Positions 50,403 through 61,529 of a DNA stretch of 64,000 bases are shown piece by piece. A model generated the notes under the pieces. The model did not search any database. It was given only the letters and a program-made list of their open reading frames with translations, and was not told the origin of the DNA. Positions within the stretch are counted from its first letter, which is position 1, and every line of letters starts with the position of its first letter. The position numbers were made by a program, and so were the translations under genes. The DNA is from Vitrella brassicaformis CCMP3155 (taxonomy: Eukaryota > Protista > Chromerida): positions 62,001 to 126,000 of the forward strand of contig CDMY01000293.1 in NCBI GenBank assembly GCA_001179505.1. Direction: 5' to 3'.

Positions 50403-51752
50403 GGGACCCTCAGCAGTGGTGGTCTCCTCCTCTTTCTCCTCCCTCTCTGTGACCCTGGTGACCAGTGATGACGCCTGCGATGTCTCCAAGCTGACGGCCT
50501 CTCCCCCTTCGGCTGCCCTCAGCCGCGTCAGGTCGGATGAGATCTCCGATGGCCGAGATGCATCATCGGAAGCAGGGGGTACCGATGCGAGCGATCGCGA
50601 GAAGTGGCCAATCGGCACGGTGTCAAACTCGGGACGGGACGCCCCAAATCGTGTGAGGCCGGGCAGTATGGTGCCTTCAGGGAAGGTGAACTGCGCGGCG
50701 AGTGGGGCGGAGACCATGGATGACTCGCTGGTGGCGGTGCGGGAGTCGGAGGATGTAAGCTCGTGAGACACGGTGTCCGATGGGCGCTGCGCCGCCTCAT
50801 CAGACGGCCGCGGGGCAGCCGATGGCTCGGCAGGAGGCTGCTTGTCTTCTCTTGTCTCAGACACCCCTGAGGCAGATTCAGCAAAAACGGCAGCCTCTCC
50901 AGCCTCCTCACGTGTGTGCTTGGTGGTGGCCGCAAATTCTCCCGATCCCTTCTTGTGGACGTAGAGCACCCCGGAGTCGCTGAGATTCCCCGATCTGCTG
51001 GCCGTCTTGCTGCCCATGAACCTGACTGTCTCCGTGGAGCTCTCCCCCTCTGTGCTGCCCATGCTGGCCATCGGGGGTATCTGGAGCGACATGACGATGG
51101 GTGACTCGTCGCGGGCGGTGGCTGGGGCAGTGCGGGGGACGCCGTAGGTCGGGGAGACATCTGCTGTCTCGTGTGCTGCTGCTGCTGCTGGTGTCCTCTC
51201 CTCGGCTATCGTGGATGAGGCGATGGCTGAGGTCCTCCCGATGCCCACCATGCTGCCACCGCGACTTGGGGTGCGCTCCGTCATAGAACCCTGCACACAC
51301 GCACATCAAGGCGACTGCGGATGGATGGGTGCTCCTGCCGTTCCTCATGACTGTACCCACCATGTATCCGAGTGCCTTGCGTCTCTCCCTCTCCAGCTCG
51401 ATAGCCCTTGCAATCTTGTCGTCGATGGTCTTGGCCTCCACCTCTCTCTCAATGGTGTCGCGGGTGATGGTTTGCCGAATACGCGACTGAGGACTGGGAC
51501 CCCCTGCAGCAGGCGAACCGCTCGGCTCGGAGGGTGCAAGACCTCCCGAGGTCTGCGAGAGAGGAAAATGCCACTTGGAATCGGTTCGCTTGGAAACGAT
51601 GAGTGAGTAGACGCATGCACCTGAATGAGCAGTTGGCGGCCTCCGCTGGCCTCGAGGGATGAAGGACCAGCAGATTCCCTCCCTTCGGCCTGCACACAAA
51701 GAAAGGGACGGCAGACATTTGCTGGTCAATCAGTCACACTGCCGGCTGGCTG

Positions 51753-51785
<33 letters not shown>

Positions 51786-52197
51786 CACGTCGGTGTCGCT
51801 GATGGAAGAGGCCGAGCCGATGGATTGGATGTGCCTTCTCCTCTCCTGCTCTATCTCGAGTGCCCTCTGCAGCCGCCCCTCCACTCCCCCCAGCTCACCC
51901 ATACGCCTGTCCTGGTCGTCGCGGATCTGCTGCCGAAGCTGCTTACGCTGCACATCAGACATGCCAAACACGGTCCCCGTCTGCAGGCAGAAAGATCAAG
52001 GAAAGAGAGAAACAAAGAGGCAATCAATGTGTGACTGTCTCACACACCCGTCCGCTCGTCCGGCTGTCCCGTCTCGGCGGGTTCTCCTCTTCCGTGGGCT
52101 CCTCCGCGACGCTGAGAGTCACATTTCTCTGCTCTCTCCTGCGGACCTCGCTCTCGGTTGGGGAGGACTCGCTCGAGCTCGACGTCGACTGCTTCAT
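44703..52197 (-). CDS. Very large, low-complexity, probably disordered protein (multi-exon; one ~3.1-kb exon); boundaries approximate
   Basis: Start MKQSTSSSSESSPTESEVRRREQR at 52197; coding-like minus ORFs 51726-51971, 48192-51296 (Glu/Ala-rich), 47630-48145, 46819-47499, 45948-46709, 45581-45958, 45136-45951 and 44703-45284. It could be more than one gene. Confidence 0.55.
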
Positions 52198-52628
52198 CGT
52201 GAAGAGAAAGTCAGCTGATGATCACCGAGGCCGATTTCTCCAAGCTGTACGATCTCGGCGCGGCCTCAGGGGTGACTGCTTGCGAGACCGGTCAGTGCGG
52301 CGCGGAGGAAGCCTTTTGGCTCACAGCTCTAATGGGGGTCTCGACAAACGCCTTCCGCCGCGCGTTGCGGGTCTGCCGGTGATACGATTGGCAACGTCAA
52401 ATTGCTCACACGGGTGAAAATGTACACTCCCTGGACGTTCTCTGTTCAATGGTGCATGCAGTCTCGCCCCCAGAGGAGCCCCCCGAGATCGCACGAACGC
52501 CAGGGAGCAAAGGGTGTGTCGTAAGGCACACGTGACGGCGAAAAATCGCAAATCTGTAGCGTTTCGGACCAGTACAGACAGATATCAGATCTCGGGATAG
52601 ATACGCATCATACATCTGAAGGATCGCA

Positions 52629-54616
52629 TCATTCCGACTTGGCCTTCTTGATGGGCCGGTAGTAGCCGATCACCTGCCCATGCATGACACACACGCACCA
52701 CACCGAGACGGGCATGATGGTGTGTCTTGCTGTGCACGCGTGTGTGTCTGATACCTACCACAGCGTGGTCCCGATGGTATGGCTCGAGTGTGATCTGTTC
52801 TCTTGGCTTGCACTGGGCCTTCTTGAGTTTGTCCACCTCAGCTACATACATACACACAGGCACAGGCAGGGAGGGAGGGAACCGATAGGTGTGCTCTTTC
52901 TCCCTTGTGCAGTGCAGTGCAGTGCAGTGTGTATGTGTGTGCGTACCAGCAAACACGACCTCTGGCTTGGCAGTGGAGTCCACGCAGTTGGCCTGCAGGA
53001 ATCCATAACATGACACACACACACACACACACATATCCATGGGCAGGATGGCTCCCTCAGCCCCTCCCCTCCACTACCCTGCCCTGCCCTGCCCACGTAT
53101 TTCTGTCGTGTGTGTGTTGTGTGGGCGAGGTACCTTTATGGAGATGACGTAGCCTCCGCCCTCCTTCAGGAACATCTCGGCGTTCAGCGCCACAATGCGG
53201 GCCTGATCGTCCGTCCATCCACCGATGCACCAGACAAACAGACAGACAGACAGACAGACCGACAGACAGACAGACAGACAGAATCCATCAGAACATTTGC
53301 ATTAGTGTGCCTGACTTCACCTGTTTCACCTACCGACCTGGTCGGGCTGTGCCACGTCGGCAAAGATGGCGTCGACCATTCCCACCAACATGCGGTACCT
53401 CAGTGGGAATCTCGCGTCCTCGACGATTGGAATGATGTTGGGCCGCTTCTTGGCCTGAGAGAGGGAGCACAAAGGCTAAACAGCGCTAGGCAGGTGTGTG
53501 TTGCTGTGTGCAGTGTTAGTGACGCCACTGACCATGTTGGTGAGGTCCCTCCCTGATCGGTGAGAGAACTCCACAGCGTACACCACACCGCTCTGACCGA
53601 AGGAAAGAAACAAAGTGAAGTGCGTCCAAGTGTCATGCGTGTCACGTGTGTGTTGGATGGGATGGCTGCAGGCAATTGGCTGACTGACCTCTCCAACCAT
53701 ATCCGACACATGCGAGACAGTCGTCCCCGACGCAGCACCTGCACGACGCACATACACGCCGAGGTAAGGTAACCAACCCGGGATCGATAGAAGACACACA
53801 TCACATCGATAGGCTTGTTTCCTCCGTATGTACCCAGGTAGAGCACTTTGGAGCCGGGCTTGATGGGCATGTGCTCAACACCACCTGCACACACGGACAC
53901 AGCACACACGCCACGCCATATGGCTACACTCAGTGTTTGTGAGCATGTGAAAGAATCTTCGTAGCTCACCGAGGATGGTCGCCCCAAGCTTGGACCGGAA
54001 TGGATTCCACACACGGTACTCGATCTTCTCGCCTTCTTGCTGGCCACCCACAGCACAGACAGACACACAAGTCCACTTTGATCCAGGGAGGGAGGGAGCC
54101 ATTTGTGCAGTGAGGGCGTCACCTCGACAGCCATTCTCTTCTCGCCGTAGACGGACTCGCCGGGCACGAGATTGCGCGTCACGAGGGCATCGGCCTTGCC
54201 CTTGGCCATGAACACGCCCGCATGTCTGTGCGGCTCTATGATGACGCTCCCCCCTCCCCCTCCCCTGCCGCCTGGTCCTCCCCTGCCGCCTCGCCCGCCA
54301 CCACGACCGCCTCTCCCACGACCTGACACACACAAACACACAAACACAAGCACACATCGAGTGACATTCATGACGCAACACGCGGGAGCTTTTTGTGCCT
54401 CATTCTTTTCACCACCGGGTGATCCTCTCCCTCTGCCGCCGAAGCTCCCTCCTCTGCCTCCCCTGCCGCCTGGTCCTCCCCTGCCTCGCCCACCACGATC
54501 ACCACCACCACGGCCGCGGCCGCCTCCACGCCCACCGCCTGACCTCACACATCAATCACACAATGGATGAATTGGTGGAGCAGATGGGCCTCAGCATGTT
54601 GTTGCTTACGCATCAT
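52629..54616 (-). CDS. FBL: Fibrillarin (box C/D snoRNP rRNA 2'-O-methyltransferase, NOP1)
   Basis: N-terminal RGG/GAR domain; [110 protein letters not shown]. Confidence 0.97.
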
Positions 54617-54814
54617 CGTGAATCCCGCAGCGATGGACTCTCTACCGTTCCTGTGCAGTCGTGTGCTTCTGTTGCAGTCCAGATCACAGCCCTGTGTTTT
54701 TTTCTCCGTTCCTGCGAGCTTTGCCTATTTGCGAGCTTGAAAGCGGCGAAGGGGAAAAGGTGAAGACGCGGGTACCGTGCGACAATGGGGCGAGGCTCAG
54801 TGAGACTGCGGGTG

Positions 54815-56412
54815 ATGCTTCTCAAGTTGACGCTTCTCGGGCTGTGGCCATCTCCCGCGTTGCACAAGGGATGGGCAGCAGCAGCCGTCCGTCAACCATC
54901 GCCGCACTCTGCTTATCTCCCCTCATCGCCTCGCCCACGACCGTCCTTGATCTCTCGCGTCCAGCAGCACGGCCTCCGAAGACGGCCACCATCCCGCCTT
55001 GCCATGATGAGCAAGAACGACATCACCGACAGGTTCATGTGGCAGGGAGAGAACATCCAGTTCGGCGTCGTGCGCACACTCGAGATCCCGGTCCCACTTG
55101 CCCTCCCTCCCACCTTCCCCGACTCAGCAGACGTGCAGGCCCTGGTCAGCCGGTACTTCGATGACCCAGGCCGCTTCCTCCGCGTGTTGTGGAACAAACG
55201 CTACTTGGAACACTTGGGTGGCGAACGGTGGCTCGTCGGCTTACCCAGGTGGGTGGGTGAGGTGACGACACACACGGCCGTACGGGGCCAGCCCGCCCAC
55301 CCACCCGCAAGTCACTCTCTCTCTCTTTCTCTCTGTGTGCAGGCTGAAGTTCCTGAACGTGGCATTACCGTCCCCCGACATAGAGGTGTCTGTGTGGAAG
55401 GAGGGCGACTTTCTGCGTGTGACGAGTCACGGTGTGTCGTTCTCGAGGGAGGGTGGGGCGGCCAGCGGGCGGATGGAAAGCTTCAATGTGGAGGTTGATG
55501 GCTATTTGGATGCGGACGTGCAGTCCCCTGAAATGGCGGTCTTCAACGCTCAGATCGGTGAGGCAGCGCAGTGAGGGAGGAGCACACCACACCCATCGTC
55601 TGTCTGTCACTTGTGCTTGTTGGTTGGTGCATTGGTGCCAACAGGGTTCACGTGTTCCTCTCGGCTGCCGTCCTTCCTGCGCTTCACGCCTGAGGACATT
55701 ATGCGGACGGGCGCCTCGGCCGTCAACCGGCAGATTCTCAACTTTGCCACACGGAAGCTTGAGAAATCGCTGCAGAAGGACTTCCTCATGTGGCTCGATC
55801 AAGAGACGCAAGAGCCGCAGGAGGCCGTTGCTGATGGCGACGTGACCCATGGGGAGGAGAAACAGGCAGCCCCATCTCTACCTCTCGCCCCTGCGTCTCT
55901 TGCTTCCACCACGTACGACGACCTGCCGCCTCGGCGTGCAGATGATGTTCTTGTGGCTGAGGAGGGCGTGGCAATCCCAACTTTTGACAGAGATGGAAGC
56001 AGCGACGCTGTTCCCGTCATGCCGATGTCAGACACTGTTCTTGCGTATGAGAGGCCACTGAGCGGCGAGCAGTGGGCCGACCTCAGTGTGCCCATTTCCT
56101 CCAGTGTGCGGCGCGTTCGGTCGAGAAGCCGGGTCAACATTGCCAACAGGGTGAGTGAGCTTGAGTCCCACCAAGACGCATTCACGCGCTCACACGTCTA
56201 TCTATCGGAGCACTTCGGCTGTTTGGTTTGGTTGTTGTTTCTTTCAGGCGTTCCAATGGTCAGATTCATCGCCACGGTCGGATGCTGCGCGACGACCTGA
56301 CACCTTGCTGGGCGGCGACTACGGAGATGATGACAGTGACGCCGATGGCATTAGTGTGGTGGATGTGACCATTGAGGAGGAGGAGACCCTCGCCGTCTAC
56401 CTCAGGCGATGA
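54815..56412 (+). CDS. DUF1997-like (START/SRPBCC-fold) protein with a bipartite plastid-type leader
   Basis: MLLKLTLLGLWPSPALHKGWAAA + Ser/Pro/Arg-rich transit; VSRYFDDPGRFLRVLWNKRYLEHLGGERWLVGLPRLKFLNV, LPSFLRFTPEDIMRTGASAVNRQILNFATRKLEKSLQKDFLMW resembles the cyanobacterial/plant DUF1997 pattern. An upstream in-frame ATG exists at 54785. Confidence 0.6.
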
Positions 56413-57248
56413 CCGATGATGTGCGGGGCGTGTATGCGGCTGCTCGTGTAAATGGGGTGGCTGCATAGTCAGCGAGATACAAGGTCTTCCCTTCTGCATG
56501 AGCTGGTCTTCCACACACACCGTCCATCCATCCATCCATCCCGCCTGCCTAGTCATTGCGCACATGTGTGGATACCATGAGTATGTATGTGTTTTCTGTG
56601 GTATATTGGTCAGGTGCCGCCATTTTTCCACGGCACGGCACCAGTCAGTGGCTGGCTGGACAACAGACAGACTAAAGATGAAGAGAGAGTAGCGACGGAC
56701 GGAGAGGCGTGTCGTTTGACACGATTGACACCGTAGATAGGGGAATGTAGATGGATGGATGGATGCTGCTAGCATCCGTCCGTCTTGTGTGTACAGATTT
56801 TTGTCACCCTCATTGAATGGAATGGACGGCTGGCCTGTACAGGTTTTGCTAGCGGGACACTGACAACTAACTGGACGGGCAATGATCATGGGGGCGGGGC
56901 GGGAAGACGATGTGTATGTGTAAGTGTCCTGCCAAGGATCGAATTGTTCACACGTCATTCACCATCAGCTGGTGGATGTGCAGCCAGCCAGACAGACGTT
57001 TTTGTGTGTAGTCTCGTGTGCTGTTAGTGCGTGGTGTCTCAGCGATTTCAGCGATTTCGCTGCGTGTGCAGGATTGCGTGGGATAGATGGATGACTGGGT
57101 GGACACGACACCATCATGTGCTGCGTGTATGCCCAAAGGGCAAGACAGCTCCTCATAAAGTCAACAGACAGACACTGACATGAATGAATGGTATGCTCAC
57201 GTGGTACACCCCTCCCAACACTCACTCACCACATCACCCAGCCATCCG

Positions 57249-58000
57249 TCAATCGGCAGCCTGCGCCTGCTTCTGTATTGCGAATATCCGCTCCTGCAGC
57301 CACGCCAGCGCCTTAGGCCACTCCTCGTCCCCATCCCCCTTCTTGACGTCCATGGCAAAACACTTGAGCCGCATCTGCACACTTCGCGGCAGGTTGTGCA
57401 GCCCCAGCTTGGCCGCCATCTCCTCAATCGTCGGCACCGGCTGCCCCACGGCCAAGCTGGCCGGGGCCTGCGACAGTGACAAAGTGCTCTGGAAAGCGAC
57501 GGTTGAGTGCTGCCCGGCCCCCGGCATCATCGGGCGGCCGAAGGTGTTCATCAGCACGCAGAAGGCCGCCTCTCTGAGCTCGTCCTCATGCACGAGGATG
57601 CGGATGTGCTCGCCGGCCTGGCGGATCTTCTTGGGGTTCATTTCGACCATCGATACGACGAATATGACGGCGGAGACCTTGATGTAGCGGTAGAAGGCCG
57701 GCCAGAGGGCCTGCATGGCGTCTGCCCCCGGGACGTCCCACATGCCGAAGCGCATGCCCCGCTTGTTGAACTCCTCATAGTGGTAGCCCTTGGTCGGCGT
57801 GGGGATCTTCTGTGCTATGTCCTGCTCGGCCCACCCTGCAGACACGTGCACAAACAGGCATTGCCGGAGGCAGACACCCTTTCTTCCTCACACACACCTG
57901 GTATCTTGAGCTTGTAGAGGAGGGTGGTTTTGCCACTGCCGCTCAGCCCCAGGATGAGAATCTGGTGCAAATGATCACCGCCCGGCACGCAGTTCCCCAT
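57249..58000 (-). CDS. ARF-like small GTPase (atypical G3/G4 motifs)
   Basis: MGNC myristoylation-type start; ILILGLSGSGKTTLLYKLK (G1), PTKGYHYEE (G2), MWDVPG (G3), WPAFYRYIKVSAVIFVV, LVHEDELREAAFCVLMNTFG. Confidence 0.88.
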
Positions 58001-58055
58001 TGCCGTCTCCTCAACCCCCAGTCTCCCCCGCTTCGAGCTCGCACTGTGGTCTGGG

Positions 58056-59656
58056 ATGGAGCTCCCGGCAGCGCTTATTGGCGTCTCCCTCTTGCAGCTC
58101 TTGCTGCCATCTGACGCATTTGTTAGTTACTCTCCGCATTCACTCAGAAGGTCACCGTACACAGACACCAAGATGCGTAGATCTGCCACTCCCTATGCGT
58201 GATCCATGCATCAATCATTCAGGCGGAATGCAGACACAAAGCGTCGGACTCCCCATCGAAGCGCCCTTCACGCATCTGCTGACACACACCCGGTGATCAA
58301 TGGCTCTGAAAAAGGACACATCAAAGCGATGAATGACGGACGGGTGGCCATGTCTGCAGCCTCCACACGACCCCTATTGCGAGAGCGGTCCCCTTCTGAG
58401 AAACAACAAGGGCGAGCCATGGGTCGCTCAGCGCAACCGGCCTCGGCGCAACCGCAAGTCGGCTGTGATCCGGCGGATGGTGCAGGAGGCCATCGTGCGA
58501 CCATCCAACTTCATCTACCCCCTCTTCATCCACGAAGGGGTAAGCACGACAACACAGACAGACAGACAGACAGACAGGCAGCCAAGACAGGCAGGCAGGC
58601 AGGAGGGAGGGAGCCAGGCACGTGTGTGTGTGTGGCTCGGTGGTGGTAGGAGTCTGATGAGGCGATAGCGTCGATGCCTGGGTGCAGTCGGCTGAGTGCT
58701 GGGTCGGTGCTCAAGGAGGTGGAGGACGCCATGCAGTATGGCGTCAAGACATTCATCCTCTTCCCGAAGATCCCCGACCAACTCAAGTCCAACTATGGTG
58801 AGTTTAGCGAGCCCACACGCCCCACAGTGTCATCCACAGACGCGGACATCTGTGTTTCGTCCCGTCAGCTGATGAGTGCTACAATCCAGAGGGTCTGGTG
58901 CCACGCACCGTGCGCGCAATCAAGGACAAGTTCCCCGAAGCCATGGTGTGCACTGACATCGCCCTGGACCCCTACTCGGACCAGGGGCACGACGGAGTGG
59001 TCGAGAACGGCCAAATACTCAACGACCACACCATTGCACAGCTCTGCAAACAGGTTGGCGAGGCGCACATTTTGTCAAACAACAAGTTGCCCTCACTTCC
59101 CGTCGTCCTTCAGGCAGCGTGCCAGGCCCGCGCCGGCAGTGACGTGGTCGCGCCCAGCGACATGATGGACGGCCGTGTGGGCGCCATCCGGGACGCACTC
59201 GACAGCGAGGGTCACATCACCACCTCCATCATGGCCTACACGGCCAAGTACGCGTCGGCCTTCTACGGCCCCTTTCGCGACGCTCTCGACTCGCACCCCG
59301 GCTTCGGCGACAAGAAGACCTACCAGCAGGACCCAGCCAACGGGCGGGAGGCACTCATCGAAACCGCGCTAGACGTGTCTGAGGGCGCGGACATCCTGAT
59401 GGTCAAGCCAGGCATGCCCTACCTGGATGTGGTGCTGCGTCTGCGTGCGGCGACCGACCTGCCCGTGGCCGTGTACCACGTGTCTGGCGAGTACGCCATG
59501 CTCAGGGCGGCGAGCGAGCGGGGATGGCTGGACGAGAAGAAGAGCGTCATGGAGGCCATGACGTGCTTCAAGCGGGCGGGGGCCGACATCATCCTCACCT
59601 ACTTTGCCAAGAATTGCGCGAAGTGGATTGCGCAGGATGGGGAGCCATGCTACTGA
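58056..59656 (+). CDS. hemB: Delta-aminolevulinic acid dehydratase / porphobilinogen synthase, plant/plastid type
   Basis: Signal peptide MELPAALIGVSLLQLLLPSDA-FV; RPRRNRKS...IYPLFIHEG, TDIALDPYSDQGHDG (Asp-type, not the Cys/Zn site), APSDMMDGRVGAIR, KYASAFYGPFRDAL, KKTYQQDPAN, DILMVKPGMPYLD, YHVSGEYAML. Confidence 0.97.
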
Positions 59657-60178
59657 CTGATGAGGGAACGATGAGGGGAGGCCGGCGACATAGGCAAGAC
59701 AAACAGACGCGAGTGATTTTTCAATGAGCGAGGGGAGGGAGAGAGGAGAATGAATGGCATTCGCAATGCCAACCGATAGGTCGGTGTGATGAGGCGTTTT
59801 TGGTGGTTGGTCGGTTGATCTGTCGATTTGTCTGTGACGCGACTGTGGGGTCTTTTAAGAGTAGGCCGTTCACTTGTTCGGTGCTGGTGGGGAGGCCTGT
59901 GGATGGATGACTAGGTTGTCTCTTGCATGATGGCATGCATTCAGCGTGACTCGAGGACAGGCAGGTGGAGGTGGGGGGGATGATGAATGAATGACATCAC
60001 GTACGAAGCGATGAACGTTAAGTCCATCAAGCAAGTCATCTCCAGTTAGATCATTGTACAACCAGGACGAGAGAGAAGCAGCACACAGCGTCACAAACGT
60101 TGACAACACGCAGATAGTATTGTCATCGACAGGTCTCATCAACAGCCGCACACAGAATGGCCTCGATAGGTCTGTCAT

Positions 60179-60540
60179 TCATTGTGAGGGCGGCGTCGCC
60201 TGCTGCATGTTCTTCTCCTGGAACCTGGTCCCTATCCGTTGCGAGAAGGCCATGAACTTGGTCACGCACCGCTCGATGCACCCCGTTTCGGCCTTCTCGA
60301 GGTCCTTCGCGCGGAAGTGTGTGATGCACTCGTTGAAGCACCGCTCGACGAGGCCGTTGTATGTGTTGAGGGAGTCCTGCATCTGCATGTCGTTGAGCTT
60401 GCCCAGCACCTGCTGCTTCTGCCCTTCATTGAGGTGCTCCACATCCAACATGCTGAACAATGAAGAGAAGAAGCAACCAAAGAAAGGGTTGTGAGAAGGT
60501 CCACTTGGACCATTCCTCCGAAGCTTGCTTACTTCTGCAT
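60179..60540 (-). CDS. TIM9: Mitochondrial intermembrane-space chaperone Tim9 (twin CX3C)
   Basis: MQN/MLDVEHL...MQMQDSLNTYNGLVERCFNECITHFRAKDLEKAETGCIERCVTKFMAFSQRIGTRFQE; mini first exon ATGCAGAA followed by gtaag. Confidence 0.92.
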
Positions 60541-60685
60541 CTTGATCTCTAAGTCAGCTGACAGATCTCGGCTTGTCAAGGCAGATCTGGCCTGTAGAAG
60601 TCGATTGACGCACTCGGGATGATAGACTTACCCGTGCGAGCTTGGGGCACGCTGCAGTGGGGCCAGTTGCATCCCTTTGGTCGCA

Positions 60686-60947
60686 ATGCTGGAGATGCTT
60701 ATTTTAGGAGGACTGTCAGACGCCTCACTGGTGAGCCAACGCCGTGAAGAAACGCTTGAATCGACGAATCGGCGGGGTTCTTTGTGTGTGTGTGTGTGCG
60801 TGTGTGTGACCGTCTGTGTGTCTGTCGGCACGTGTGCAGAACTTTGGGATCACGGTGCTCTTCTGGATGAGTGTTGGCAACGTAATCGTCGTCCTGCCCC
60901 ATCTGGAGGAGTGGATGAGGTCAAGGCCGCAGCCTGACGAGTGGTGA
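60686..60947 (+). CDS. Candidate 50-aa single-TM microprotein (two exons)
   Basis: ATG...tcactg/gtgagc...(tg)n...gtgcag/aacttt gives MLEMLILGGLSDASLNFGITVLFWMSVGNVIVVLPHLEEWMRSRPQPDEW*. Confidence 0.45.
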
Positions 60948-61164
60948 GCTAGCTGCCCATGAGCCACAAGAAGGTGATTCAGACGGGGCGTCCCTTTGCT
61001 TGGTCCATCGATATTTGCTGTCGATCCGCTTTGTCGATGAATGTCTGCCTTTCGCTTTGTGCCTTATCCGGGTCCGATCCAGAGAGCACCCGTGCATCCA
61101 TCCATTCATTGTGATGATTCACGGAGAGGCTGCGGAGAGGCTCAAGAGAGCTAGCCCAGCACGC

Positions 61165-61291
61165 AGGGCGGTTGATTGCCCTCATCAATATTGATATCGT
61201 TTTGTCCCCCCACTGATTCGTTGACTCATTCATCGACTCATTCATTCACTTCCTGGCTATTCTCGAGTCTGTTTCAATGAGAAGGAGTCAG
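61165..61291 (-). repeat. Dispersed intergenic repeat family A, copy 3 (internally deleted)
   Basis: ttcacttcctggctattctcgagtctgtttcaatgagaaggagtc is the reverse complement of 3553-3600; ttttgtccccccac matches 3617-3630. Confidence 0.7.
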
Positions 61292-61529
61292 AACGTGTTA
61301 CTGAGCAGACCCCTCCAGCACATGCGCTGATGAACAAGTGCTCTATAGTAGATGAGACATGAAGTGGTCAAGACACAATCCGAGCGAGACGTTCACACGA
61401 GCATTAGACGTTCAGGGCCAATGTCCAATCGCACACAGACAGACACCAACACATATACACGACGCATGCGTCCGTCCGTCCGTCCGTCCGTGAGGCCCTA
61501 GCTACCCAGCTGCCAGTTACGTCGATCTC

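Noticed and set aside
59870-60178. 102-aa ORF immediately downstream of Tim9
   Set aside because: It has no ATG-supported context and non-coding-like composition, so it is most likely the Tim9 3' UTR.
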